In this document: in pieces, positions 26,083 to 39,299 of the stretch
Numbering within the stretch: position 1 is the stretch's first letter
How the letters are laid out: every line of letters starts with the position of its first letter
Origin: Squalus acanthias
Lineage: Eukaryota
DNA length: 64,000 bases
Direction: 5' to 3'
Assembly: GCA_030390025.1 (NCBI GenBank)
Contig: CM059432.1
Location: 126,606,001 to 126,670,000, forward strand
Position numbers and translations under genes: made by a program
Notes under the pieces: generated by a model
What the model was told of the DNA's origin: nothing
The model's input: the letters and a program-made list of their open reading frames with translations, nothing else
The model's database searches: none

Positions 26083-26207
26083 AGATAGAAAATGCTGGAA
26101 ATACAAAGTAGGTAAGTCAGGTGAAAGGTAAGCTATCATTTTGGGTGGGGCCTTTTATCAGAAGCAATACCAACTGACCTGTCCACATTTCCAGTATTTG
26201 TGTTCTT
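26083..26207. mobile_element. Degenerate inverted Penelope pseudo-LTR remnant
   Basis: AGAAAATGCTGGAAATAC ... ATTTCCAGTATTTGTGTTCT, similar to 56780-57000. Confidence 0.45.
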
Positions 26208-27599
26208 ACAGAATGAGAAATATCCAAGTTTCAAAGTGAAAATTACGCTGCCTTAAATCTACAGTGCCCTTACATTTTAAACTCAAAAGTGGCACATCAT
26301 TGGAGAGGAAAAGCTGCTTTTACACAGACATTCATTTTGGTCAGATTTCTGAAGGCCAATGAGCCCAGGAACCAGCTCCCTGTGTTTACACTGCTCAATC
26401 CGATTCCCTTGCCAAGGGCAAAGCTGGTTTTCATAAGAGGACAATTACTTGGGAGGGTGGCTTCTGAAGGTTTGGGCCCGATGAGGTTGGAGAGACACAC
26501 AAACCAAGTGCTGTGCACCATATTAATATATTTGACAATTTGCTCCATCAACTTGTCCATGCACACCAATCATAGACACGTTTAACAGATCATGCAATGA
26601 CAATCCAGTCTAATCCAATCCCCAAAAGGAGAAGTATGCTTATGTGCTCATAATGTACCCTCGGTTCTTCACACAGAGCAAGGAGAATCAAGTGGCTTGT
26701 AGTGCAGAACGGTCACTATTCACACTAGCATGAAGCTCCCTGCTGGTTCAGACAGGCAATGTGGAGCCAATTATCTTTGGATGTTGGCAAGTTCAGCCAC
26801 TGAAGATCAGAGGCCTGCTGATCTCGCTGGCACGCCTGCTTTCATCCTGCACCACTTCAACCCTAAAATACTGCTTTTGGAAAGCATCCAAAAATCAATC
26901 CCCGTCACGAACTTTATCTTGACTTGCCGTCGACTGCAGGGCTCTCTAGCTTCCTCCCAGATGCCATGTGGTCCCTTGAGCTCCTATGAAAACTGGCATC
27001 AGAAGAACTGGATTTGCCTTTTCTCCCCATCAGTTCCTGTTGAAAGTGCTTCACTTACAGGCATGAAATAATAATAGACAATTGTTTACAGGAATTTTAA
27101 AAAGCTTGCTGGAATGAGTAAATAAAGTGCTGCCAACAAAATATTGCAATATATAAAATCTTAATATTGGAAAGATCCAATACAAATAAAAATACAAGTA
27201 AAAAGGTACTGCAAATAACCGTTGGGAACTAGTTTCTCTTAAGTGCTTCAATGAATGTGAAGGTGTATTTGTACCCATTCAAAATGGGCTTTGAGGCCGA
27301 AAAGTGCAACACCCCAACACAAAAGCCAGGAGATTGTACCATGTAACATTAAAATAAAACTGCATGCATTCTAGCGGAGTATTTTTGCTTGTGGTTTCAC
27401 GCCACTCCCTTTAGTCCCGGCCTCAATAGCCACAGGTGGTGAAGTATTCCACGGTCTAAAAGCCCTCACTTCAAGAACCATCCTCGTTTCTTCCAGTGAG
27501 AATCCTTGGTTTCCATTTCAGAGTTCCCCATTCGCCCACCAGTGGAAACAACCTTCCACTGTTCACCACAGTAAGTCCTCAGGTTTCATTCACCCCTTT

Positions 27600-28177
27600 A
27601 CTGGCTGCTCCATTCAGTGCTGCCCCCACTCACCACTTTGCTGCTGCTGCTCCCGGCTCTGTGGGAAATGCTGGCCCAACAACCACCCCATTCTCCCCCA
27701 CTCGCTTGAGCCCCAATCCCACCCCCACCCCCGCCCCGGCCCCCTGTCCCGGTCTCTCCCTCGATCCCCCACAAGCCCTTCATCTCCCCCATACCGCCAT
27801 TCCCCATCTCCAGCTCCCGCCTGACTGCAGTCCACACAGTCACGGCTCTGCAGATAACGTTACTGAGCTGGAGGTTTCTCGAACAGAAGAGAATGATCTC
27901 ATGGGGGGGGGGAATGAGGGGACTGCGGCGGGAAGTTTAAAATCGCTGATCTCCTGGGCTGCTGGAGACAGCGTTGAGGGGAAGAATTCCCCCGTCATTC
28001 CGGGAGGGTTGGGAACCCTTTCCTACTGACGTAATTAGGACCTTAATTTTTATGAATCTATGCTCATCCGCCCGCAGGCCAACACCATTAAACCGTCTGA
28101 AAGGGCCAGGGTCGGAGTGGCAAAGCAACCTGTTCATCTTTAACTGTCGGGTGGGGTAGAGTTTGAAAATCAACCCC
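27600..28177 (-). mobile_element. Non-autonomous Harbinger-type element end with C-rich interior
   Basis: Terminus AAAATCAACCCC. Layout resembles the 4614/48940 family in reverse. Confidence 0.4.
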
Positions 28178-31100
28178 TTTATTTTTTTTTGTGTTTACAA
28201 CCAACAATTTTGAGAAAAACCAACATGGCCACTTAAGAGATCAGAATAAACCACTGTCTGTGCGTTTTGCTGGTTTTAATCATCAACAGCCAGGCAGCAA
28301 GGGCGACCACTGCCGATTTTACTTTTGCGCACATCAGCAAGGTTAACTGAAGAGAAAGTCTGCAGGCTGCGATTCAACAAACTGGTGGGAGGAAGAAAAA
28401 AAGTCCTTAGGGAATTTGAAGGGTCATCAGAAGGACAGCTTATCTACAGGGAATCAGCAGGCACACGAGTCACAATGGGTCCTTCTCTGGTGCCAGTCTG
28501 CCCTGTGGAGCTGTAAAATCTGGTGCCTGATTGCCAGCAGAGGGATTTGTCAGGGCGCCCATCCAGATCCATGTCTTTTTTTCCCCTGGCCTGGACACCA
28601 GCAGCCCTCCCCAAACCAGTTGGCCCCCTCTTCCATCCACCTGGAGGCTGGTATGGTAGGGCCCACTTCTCCAATGGCCCCCAGTCCTGCACCAGGCCCC
28701 TAGTGTGACAGGGAAGTAAGAGTTCCTAGCCTGTGGGGGGGGGGGGGGAGGGGCATTTCCCCCTCCCTGGGGCAACCCCCCCATGTCACTGGCCTGGGAC
28801 GGGGCTGGCTGAGGTTCCCGGTCACTTCTCAGTGGACTCCGTCTAGTTTCTGCCAGAGTTATGGCAGGGGCCTGGCAGAACGCCACAAGTAATTTGGGCC
28901 AGTAGTTATTTAAACTACTCAGCTATGCAACACAAGACAATTAAAATGGGACAGCTGTTATGTTTTATGGATGCAGGCTATTAAATAAGCATTTTAGTTC
29001 TGTAAATAAGTGGGTGTTCTCTATTTCTGGACTCACTGTTCAAGTTAAATAAATATTTCAACATTAAAGTGCATTGCCTGAAGCTACAGGGTTATAAATT
29101 CTGCATGATAAAAGTTCTTACGGGGAAATACTCCACAATACCATATTATTCAGATATACTTACGCATTCAATTAATCTAATAATGGCTGAAAGCATGAAC
29201 ATATGGCTCTCAAAATATTGCCATGGAGCACAACAGACAAGGCAACAACTATAACAATTGGCTTATAAAGCGCGGAAAGATGTCCTGCAGCACATATTAA
29301 ACTTTAATAGCTCAAGAATACTTTACCTTAAAAGTTGATGAACTGGGCATGTGGTGTAAACAATAACGTTGTACTTACTGAGAGAGTAAAAAAAATACTA
29401 TAAATGGGATTTCCTTATAAACCTTTATTTTTAAACCGAGTTTTTTTATACCCATTATTCTATTGACGTGGCAGTCTCTGATGTAGGGAGGCACCTCAAG
29501 GAGTCCAGGCTGCTTCCCCACGAGCTGGTAGAAGTGGGTAATCTCGGAGAGCCACCCAGCAGCCATTATCAAGCGCCTCCTGCTGTCCAGCTCAGAGCAG
29601 CACAGGCAAAGGCTTAGCAGGAGGTCACCAATTCTCCCCTCAAGCCAGTCACTGCATGATCCAGGAAGACAGCAGGAAAAAAATGTGCATTTAAAAGAGA
29701 TTTGCAAAAAGGAAATCTATATGAAAGCCAATAGAAAAACGCAAGTTTTTTTTAAAAAAAGCTTCACTTTCACTGTGTGCAAGACTGAAGCCATAGCTTT
29801 CTCCCCATGTTAAGCTTCACTTCCCTTCCTGCTCACTCAAGCTGAACCAGACCACACAAAGCCTCGTGGAGCTTCAAACCCTACATCCCTTTCATCGTCA
29901 TGACTGCTTACTTCTACTTCAGCAACATGAACCTTATATAAAAAGTGTAAGTAAGCACATTATTAAAAGATAAACAATAGGATTCTGGGATTCGCTTCGC
30001 CTAAAACATCTCAGCTCAGATATTCAGGTTTATATGGAATTAGGGCACATCAGCAATGTGCTCGGACTTCTACCCACCATAAAGACTTTCCCCTCACCCC
30101 TACTGATTTTCTGGGGTTGGGGACAAACAGAACCAAGCCTCTGACAGGGATCCCACTTGGGAGGGGGTGGGAAGGATGGCAATGGCAGGTCTCAGGGGAT
30201 CTTTCAAAGCATTGCAATGCCAGCAGTGGTGGCAAAAAATGTTTTAAAAAACTGAAAGTAAGCACGCAAAATAAGCATATGCAAACAATGAATTGCAAAA
30301 GCTTATGGGCCATTTAAACTTTAAAACCCTCTGTCACCCATAGGAAGTCAAGGCCAAAAAGGCAACACCTTTGGATCCAGCAGTGCTTGGCACAAATGAT
30401 TGAAAATACATCTCAAAACATTGATCTATTTTCAGGCCATAGTACTGTTCAATCATTTGTACAACACTGGTCATTTAATATCTCACTATGACCTACAGTT
30501 ATAAAAGGTACAAAAATCACAGTAAATTCTAAATACAACAATTCCATTCAGGCAGCACTTAGTGGTGGGAATGAGGGAGAGCTGGGAATCAGAAAGTAGC
30601 AATGTTGGAGGCAAAGAAGCAGGTTGACCACATACATCATAGCTGCATGCCATGGGGATGCCCAAGGAGGGGAGAAAACTACCTAGAGAAGGAGTTTCAC
30701 CATCAACAGAAATAAATACACTGGACATGCTTAATGTGAGGTTTCAGACTTCCCAAAGGCCAAGGCATTCAGTGTTTGATTGGTTGAGTGGGAGGCTGCA
30801 TCCAGACTCAATTATATTCAGTCAACCTGAAGCTGAACTCCAGTCTTCGAAGCCAACCTCTAAACACATCAATACCATTTCATTGAATAAATGTCTCAAG
30901 TCCCAATTTCAGAGTAATTCCTCCTTCATCACAGTTTGGTCCCCCAAGCCAGCCACCACTAACCAAAATCCCTGCTGATCTGACAATGACACAAATGTGT
31001 CATTGAGAAAAATACAATAAAAGCATCAGGAAGTAATTTATTCACTGCTTTCAGCGCCTTGTGTGCTTTTATTACTTAGGGCAGTGCCCAAGCACAGATG

Positions 31101-31894
31101 TAATTTTCTTTTCATTACAGGATTGTGAAGCAAGGTTGATCCCCATGTGGATCACTTCCTCCTCCCCAGTCACTAGTTAGGCCCCATCCAAACACATTTT
31201 GAAAGAATTACCAGTGTCAGAAGGTGAGCAAGCAGCCTGACCCCAGACCTCTGCCAAAGCTGTTCCGTAACTAAACACTGGAAACGCCATAACAGAAAAC
31301 TGGCATGTCAGGACTGAACACAAGCTCACCACTCCATTTATTTATGGCATAAATTGCAGGGTTTTTGCCTCATTTCTGGTGGAGAAACTGCAGGCTATTG
31401 CGGATATGTATTGGCACTCTCCATTACTAATGTTAACGGTTTTCAAAACGGTTTCTTCCATTGTCACAAGTGACACAAGACACGCTACTTTCCCCTCCCC
31501 TGTTCAAAGACATTTTCTTCTCCCCCCAATGCCTAGTTCATGCTGACACTTCTCTCATCCTGTCACTCTTCCTCCAACTCCTCCCCTTGCCCAAGTTTAT
31601 GCTGGCATTCTTCCCCGATTCACCCCTCACCGATGCTTTTGGCTCTACCTGATGCCGTCACTGCTCTAGGTAATCAAACACTGCTGCACGTGCTTGTGTC
31701 TGATAAACACTTAAGCTGGTGTGGCAATATAATGGCTGCTTTTATTTCAGACTCTGCAGTATTCTCTGTGCATATAACATTCAATAGGAGAGGAGACCCT
31801 GGAGTGTAATTGCTACAATTGGCTTGCTCCCATCAGGGAGCCTCTAGTGTTCAATTAACAATATGCAAACACAATATTGGGGACAGGGATTCTT

Positions 31895-33195
31895 ACATAG
31901 AATGTACAGCACAGAAACAGGCCATTCAGCCCAACAGGTCCATGTCGGTGTTTATGCTCCACACGAGCCTCCTCCTACCCTTCATCTAACCCAATCAATA
32001 TATCCTTCTATTCCTTTCTCCCCCATGTGTTTATCTAGCTTCCTCTTTAATGCATCTATGCTAGTCACCTCAACCACTCCCTGTGGTAGCGAGTTCCACA
32101 TTCTCACCACTCTCTGGGTAAAGAAGTTTCTCCTGAATTCCCCATTGGATTTATTAGGGACTGATCTCACAAAGCTATCATGACAAAGAATTTACATTTG
32201 CAACCTTCCAATCTGCTGGGACCATTCCAGAATCTAGGGAATTTTGGAAGATCAAAACCAATGCAGCCACTATCTCTTCAGCCACCTCTTTTAGAACCCT
32301 AGGATGTAGGCCGTCAGGTCCAGTGGATTTGTCGGCTTTTAGTCCCATTAGTGTCTCTACTTATATTAATTACATTAAGTTCCTCACCCTCATTAAACCC
32401 TTGGTTCCCCGCCATTTTTGGTATGCTTTGTGTGTCTTCTACTGTGAAGACAGATACAAAATATTTGTTTAATGTTTCTGCCATTTCCTTATTCCCCATA
32501 ATAATTTCTCGTGTCTCAGCCTCTAAGGGACCAATGTTTACTTTTGCTACTCTTTTCCTTTTTACATACTCTTACAATCTGCTTTTATATTGCTTGCTAG
32601 TTTTCTCATTCTATTTTTTCCCCCTTATCAATTTTTTGGTCAACCTTTATTAGTTTCTGGAAATTCTCCCAATCCTCAGGCTTACTATTATCCTTTGCAA
32701 CATTATAAGCTTCTTTTTTCAATCTAATGCTATCCTTAACTTCTTTAGTTAGCCACGGTTGGATCACTTTTTCCATGGAGTTTGTGTTTCTCAATAGAAT
32801 GTATTTTTGTTGAGAATTATGAAATATTTCTTTAAATGCTAGCTACTGCTATCTACCGCCTCACCTTTTAATCTATTTTTCCAATCTACCTTAGCCAACT
32901 CACCCCTCATACCGGACTTAGGCAAGTCACTCAAAATTAATGTGAAATTCTATCATATTATGATCACTCTGCCCCAGAGGATCCTTTACTAGGAGATTGC
33001 TAATTAACCCTGTCTCATTACACAATACAAGATCTAAAATAGCCTGTTGCCTGGTTGGTGCCATGACATTGTTCTAGGAAACTATCCCAAATGCATTCCA
33101 TGAACTCGTCCTCCACACTACCTTTGCCAATTTGATTTGTCTAGTGCATGAAGATTAAAGTCCCCCAAGATTATTGCATTACCTTTGTGGCAAGT
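31895..33195 (-). mobile_element. CR1 fragments (3' end 31895-32160; endonuclease/linker 32190-33195)
   Basis: FRRNFFTQRVVRMWNSLP, MGNKEMAETLNKYFVSVFTVED, ILGDFNLH. Confidence 0.85.
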
Positions 33196-34399
33196 AAATA
33201 GTTCCTGCAGTGATAACATGCTTTTCCTTTGGTTAGATGGCATGGTCTTCTGGAAGTTATGACAGGATGGCCTCAGGAGTGTGCCAATATTTGCAGGGGG
33301 CACCCACACAGAAAAGGTTTAAAACCACTGACCCAAGGTAATGCATAGGAGAACCATCTTCAATAATTACAGAGAGATTTGGCATAGCACAACATTTGCC
33401 ATATTTACAACAATTCATACATTGATGGAAACAGACTACTGATGAGACAAGTGTGAAACAAATGAGTTTGAAAATTCAATGTTAGCGACAGGAGAACCCT
33501 ACATTCCTCTTCATCCTCAAGCACACTTAAATCTAACCATTTAGAAAGGCTCAGCCACAACCCTGCAGACTGATTGTCAGCTCCAAAGTAGTGACATCTT
33601 GTAAAGAAAGGGCAATTACCCATTCCCCACACTTCAGACCAATGACTGCAATTTTCAGCCCGCCCAAGACACGGAGCGGTTGATAGAATGATCACTTGTG
33701 GCCATAAGCAGCCATGCATACAGGCCACCATTCCCCCTCCCCTCCCCCCCACCCCCACCAACTAGGGCTGCACTTTGCTTCTCTCTCCAGAAATGGAGAT
33801 TTGACCACTTATCGGCACCACCCCCCCCCCACCACCCCCACCCCCACCCCACCCCCCCCACCCCCACCTTTTCATAACACAATTGCTGCCTCTACACTTT
33901 TGCCATTGCTCGGGAAGAAAAGATAGCCTCTCTGCCTGCAGTAGAGCAGAGCCTCGGTTTAATGGTCAGGTCTGAGCATATTTTAGCAAAGGCACTTGCA
34001 TCATTGCACCAAAACACAAATTTTGCTCTGCAGCTTTTCTTTGTCTGGAATTAATTTAAATGTAATTTTATAGGCCAGGAAATTATATTGTGCAATAATG
34101 GCGTACAAACACGCTTGTATGGGATTCCTTTGTCAGCTACTTTAGAGGAGGAGTTAACCAATTAGAATAACCCTTAGCAGAAGTATTATTGTTAAAGTAT
34201 TAACGCTAAAGTATTATTTACTAGAACAGGTAATGCCTCATCTAAAAAACAGATAAAGGAATGTTGTACAATATGCATGGCATTAATTGCAGTATAATTT
34301 ATAGGCTCTGGTTATTTAAAATTCACATCCTTTCACTTTGGCTCCTATCCCATCTTTAAAGTAGTCCAATGTTCTGATGACGTGTCCCACAAAAATAAT

Positions 34400-35147
34400 G
34401 GCCCGTAATTTGCGGTCAGCGGTGAAGCAAAGGCGTTCGCCGCTGGCCCCGAAGTAAGCTTCCCACAAAGATCTCGGGATCTGTGGCGAGAGGTTCAGCT
34501 TTTCCGACGTGCAGTTGAAATCAGCGTAGTTTAGTGGGAATCCCATAGCGTGAGCTGCTGTGGTGTCAACAATCTATCTCAGCAGCCAATCACAATGTAG
34601 AATTCTCACAGGCTGAGAACCTGGAAGTGAACAAGCTCCTTTGATTCCAACGTCTTAAAAATGTTAGCGAGCAAAACAAATATTGAGGCTCTCACATGGG
34701 GGGAAAAAAAGCAAACTTGAAATAATGAACAAACTTCTTTAAAAAAATTTAAAGTTTAAATTTTTTTAAATTAAAATGGATAAATTTGACACTCCATAAA
34801 ATTAGTTTTTCAGGGGCATAATGTTTGTTTAGCAGTCAATACGCTGTTAAAACGCCAGTTACACCTAATCCAACAAGGTCTAACTTTTAATGGGGTATTT
34901 AACAGAGGTATTACCGCCGGAAAGCCCAAGTTTGTCAGTTTCACTGATTGCCGGCTATGGATATGGGGGGGGGGGGGGGGGGGGGGGGGGGGGTGGGAGG
35001 AGGGGAAGAGCCACATCGCATCGAATGACCGACCACAACTTCAGTATTTCCACGTTAGGATGCGCATGTGCTACATCCTGAAGATGCGGTCCATTTCAAA
35101 AGGTGCAATAACAGCGAACGCTGTTATTACCCACTGCAATCCGGGCC
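34400..35147. mobile_element. ~750-bp non-autonomous Harbinger-type element
   Basis: Termini GGCCCGTAATTTGC / TGCAATCCGGGCC, flanks AAT/ATT, CpG-rich ends, internal poly-G. Confidence 0.55.
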
Positions 35148-35329
35148 ATTAACTTCTATCTTTCTTTTTCATGTGCCAACTTGCCTTCTGTGCATTTCCA
35201 GCATTTTCTGCTTTTACACTGCAATGAATTTCTTTTGCTTGTGATTGGTCACACTGGAACTCTGGCCAAGAACAGCAATGCTACAGTTATCATCCTCAAA
35301 TGAGGGTGTATAATTGTGGCAGCAATAGC

Positions 35330-35720
35330 AAAAAGTTTTTTAGCCAGGTCAGAAGTACAAGAGACCATTGAGGATCGAATAGGGCCACTAAAGATACTGC
35401 ACGGCAGATTCAAACCGATTCTCATGTTATGGCAGAGCTGCTAAATGACTATTTCGAATCAGTCGATACTCCTGCAGATTGCTTATGTTCCAGCTGAGGG
35501 GTGCTCTGCATTGAATAGCATTATTAAAATAGATAGTAATGTCATTTTGGATAGATTAGGAAAACTCAAAATTGATAGGGTTCCAGGTTCGGATAATATC
35601 CATCGAGGTCAGGGAGGTGAGCAAGAAATGTTTAGTCCTGATGGTCGAGCCATCGTGGTGGGGGGCAGGCTTGATGGACCGGCTGGTCTTTTCCTGCCTG
35701 CTGTCTTGTTCGTATCTTCG
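35330..35720 (+). mobile_element. Ancient CR1 remnant
   Basis: IGPLK, MAELLNDYFESV, ILDRLGKLKIDRVPGSDNIH, then a CR1-like 3' end. Confidence 0.55.
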
Positions 35721-36142
35721 TAAATACTCGCTGCTACAATATTCTTCAGGTATCAATAAAAGGCAACAACTGTGCAAGGGACAGAAATAAACAACAGTGT
35801 TGGACGAGCAGGTTCAGTTTTTCTAACTGTATCTTTCGGAAGAATACAGTAAGTGTTCAAACACCCAAAATGCACTCAGGATATTGTGGATAGAATATTT
35901 GCACAATATGGTGCTTACTTGGTGCAAAGGTAATGCAAACTGCATTTGCGACCAAAAACATTTGCACCCCAGTGTTGTTAATACATTCAAATACGATGCA
36001 TCTGTTCTGCTGCAGGGACCATGTTGGAGTCACACTGAAAATCTGTGTTGAAGGAAACGCTCGCCTGGGTTGGGTTCCTGTTACGTTGCAGACAGGAGTT
36101 CACACATCTTCTGCGGCCTTTCCAATCATTGGGAAAAACAAA

Positions 36143-36288
36143 GGCCGGGAATTTCCTTGGAGCTGCTGCTGTTCCACTGTGGTAATGTCAGATAGGCAGC
36201 GGAAAGCACGGTTACACATATAAACTGGGTTACAGCTGCTCCTCCGGCGAAGTTATGAGCGACAGCATCTCTGAGGAAATTCCCTGCC
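36143..36288. mobile_element. 146-bp Harbinger-type MITE
   Basis: TIR GGCCGGGAATTTCCT vs GGCAGGGAATTTCCT (14/15), TSD AAA. Confidence 0.75.
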
Positions 36289-36524
36289 AAAGAGTTGACA
36301 GCAATGAGGAACAACCCGCCCCTCTGCCGACAGGCCTCCCTTTCAAAGCACAAATGCTACCGCCACAGTATTGTTACTGCCCTTGTAGCAAACATACCAT
36401 CGCTGCCTGTAGTGGAGCAGATCCGGTTTCAATTACAAACTGTATTTGCATCAAAGCACAAATTTTGCTCCACTGTTTTTTCCAATACCTAATTCATTTA
36501 CAGACTATTAAAAATCTAGTTATT

Positions 36525-37287
36525 AAAGCCACTGTCTTCGGTCCCGGCCACAAACTCAGTTCCCTAGCCACAGATTCTATCCCTTCTCCCTGGCCACTGT
36601 CTGAGGCTGAACCAGACCGGTCACAACCTTGGCGCCCTACTGGACCCCGAGCTGAGCTTCCGATCCCATATCCTCTCCATCACCAAGACCGTCTACTTCC
36701 ACCTCCGTAACATAACACGTCGTCTCAACTTGTCTGTTGCTGAAACCCTCATCGTTGCCGAAACCCTCATCCATGCCTCCATCTCTAGACTCGACTATTC
36801 CAATGCGATCTTGGCCGGCCTCCCACCTTGCGCCCTCCGTAAACTTCAGCTCATCCAAAACTCTGCTGCCCGTCTCCTAACTCGCACCAAGTCCCGTTTA
36901 CCCATCACCTATGCTCACAGACCTACACTGGCTCCTGATCGACAATGCCTAGATTTAAAAACATGCTTATGCCATGTCCTCTCCCCTCCCGATCTTGATA
37001 ACCTCCTCCAGCCTCTACAACCATCCGAGATCTCTGCACTCCTCCAAATCTGGCCTCTTGCGCATCCCCAATTTAAATCGCTCCATCATTGGCGGCCGTA
37101 GCTGCTTAGACTCCAAGCTCTGGAATTCCCTCCCCAAGCTTCTGCCACTCTCCTTAAAAACCTCTTTGACCAAGTGTCCAAATATCTCATGGGCCTCCGT
37201 GTCAAATTTGTTTTGATAACGCTCCTGTGAAGCTCCTTGGGACGTGTTACTACATTAAAGGTGCTATATAAATGCAAGTTGTTGTTG
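36525..37287 (+). mobile_element. L2 LINE 3' fragment
   Basis: AETLIHASISRLDYSNAILAGLP...LQLIQNSAARLLTRTK, tail GCTATATAAATGCAAGTTGTTGTTG. Confidence 0.9.
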
Positions 37288-37687
37288 AATAGGAGGATAT
37301 AAAAAGCAGCAGAAAAAACTGTAGAGCAGATTCACTGGGATGTCAGCAGAGGTGACGCGTTAGAGATTTGAGGTTAGAGCCGTTTTCACAGGGCCAAGGA
37401 AGTGTAATGACCTGATACAGGTCTTCCTGATAATGAAGGACTGTTTTACTGGGTGGGTGAGACGAAGAATGAGAGGGAAGGTTAGAAAAAGCTTCTTTAT
37501 AGGAGAAGTGAGGAATTCTCTGCCACAAACCATTGTTGAAACAGAGTCCATACATTCTTTTAAAAAAGGACGCGACTGCTGCCAACAAAATAAAGTAGTT
37601 GAACATGCGCAGTTCAGTGGTTTTGTTTGTTCCAGCCGGACGTCCCACGGATTAGAGAAAGAGAACTTTCAGGTATTGAGATCTGTA

Positions 37688-38151
37688 ATGTGACTTGAAG
37701 GTGATATTAGGATGTTGTCAGCTTCCGAGAGTTTTATTGTACTCTCGCCAAGTGTGTGTTTATGACCATCAGCTCCTCTGCCTGTTGTGGTTTGAACACG
37801 CGGCTGGTGAACAGAATGCAGGCGCAGGATGTTAGGATTTAATCGGCTGGGAAAAGGATCATTGAGAAAGAAAGAGAGATAGAGGCAGTGCGGCGAGAGA
37901 GAGAGGAGGGCTAGACAAAGACTGTGGAGGAAAACGAGAGGGAGGGCGGAGAAGGAACGCGAGGAGAGAGAGAGAGAGAGAGAGTGGCAGCGGAGAGATT
38001 AATTCATCAGAATGAACTGCTGAAACTTTCCAGTGCAATTGAACGAGGAAATGTGACTTGAAGGGGATATTAGGAGGTTGTCAGATTGAGAGAGTTTTAG
38101 TGTACTCTCGCCGAGTGTGCTTATCGCTATCAGCTCCTCGGCCTGTTGTGG
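37688..38151. repeat. ~100-bp diverged direct repeat pair enclosing a GA-rich tract
   Basis: ATGTGACTTGAAGG.GATATTAGGA.GTTGTCAG...GTACTCTCGCC.AGTGTG...ATCAGCTCCTC.GCCTGTTGTGG at ~37688-37790 and ~38050-38151. Confidence 0.8.
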
Positions 38152-38898
38152 GGAACGTTACTTTTCCATATTTGGGGACCTGACATTTATGTGCAGAATT
38201 CTTCTGCACAGCTTCCAGTTCGTTGGCAGCAGACACTCCGTTTAAAAGAAGGGAATTAGATTGTTTCTGGAAAAAGAGGAATATTAAAGAATTGTAGAGC
38301 TGGAAGGAGAGTGGGATAGATAACGTGGAGAAAAACACCAGCAGAGATGTGATGAGCCCAATGACCGGTTTCTGTGCTGTAACATTCTAGGATCTGTAAA
38401 TTACTGGGTGGCAGAACAGTGGAGCACAGCACACCAGCTTCCTCACCTGCCTGACAACAGAGTGCTGCTGTGGGCACCACTGCTTCAAGGTTACTGCTAT
38501 TAGCGCTGTGCGTTCTCTGTACTCGGTTGTGTCAGCGCTGTGCATTCTCGGAACCACAGGAGTGCCATTTTAACAGTCAGACCAGCTGCCTAGTGCCACC
38601 TGGAAGACAACCTTCAAATTCTAACCTGGACCCAATTCACTCAGCCTTGTTACAGGAGAAACCTGTGCACAACGTTTGAGAGAAACAGGGCTTCTGACAT
38701 TAATGAGTTCACCCCCTATGAGGAGCAGGCCATGAAGTGGCTGGGGAAGCACGGAGCTCCAGACGCGAGAGATGGGAAGGTGAGGGAGATAGTGCAGGCT
38801 CCGGGTTAGTGGGTGCACACCTACAGTCGCCAAGGCATCCCCATGAAACATCATGCAGTCTCAAGCTTCCAAGCCCCGCTCCCTCTTTATCTCCAAGA

Positions 38899-39286
38899 TG
38901 CGGAGATGCCGGCGTTGGACTGGGGTGGACAAAAATGAGAAGTCGCACAACACCAGGTTATAGTCCAACAGATTTATTTAAAATTACAAGCTTTCGGAGC
39001 TATCGCCCCTTCTTCAGGTACAGTTACAATGAGTGAATCTACAAAAGTTCACAGAATATAAACACAGAAAATGCAGAGATACAATCTTTCCTTACAATCT
39101 TTCCTTACATGCGTCTTTGATGTAAGGAAAGATTGTATCTCTGCATTTTCTGTGTTTATATTCTGTGAACTTTTGTAGATTCACTCATTGTAACTGTACC
39201 TGAAGACGGGGCGATAACTCCGAAAGCTTGTAATTTTAAATAAATCTGTTGGACTATAACCTGGTGTTGTGTGACTTCTCATTTTT
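38899..39286. mobile_element. Penelope-like inverted pseudo-LTR pair (hairpin)
   Basis: Arms 38931-39096 and 39121-39286, about 3 mismatches by eye. TSD-like TTTATCTCCAAGA / TTTATCCCCAAGA. Same family as 57576-58037. Confidence 0.85.
38984..39020 (-). ncRNA. Minimal type I hammerhead ribozyme motif
   Basis: UAC-CUGAAGA-A-GGGGC-GAUA-GCUCC-GAAA-GCUU-GUA. A second copy with two substitutions lies at ~39197-39233 (+). Confidence 0.65.
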
Positions 39287-39299
39287 ATCCCCAAGAGGT

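Noticed and set aside
33720..34995. Poly-C/poly-G tracts giving Pro/Gly ORFs
   Set aside because: Low-complexity interiors of non-autonomous elements.
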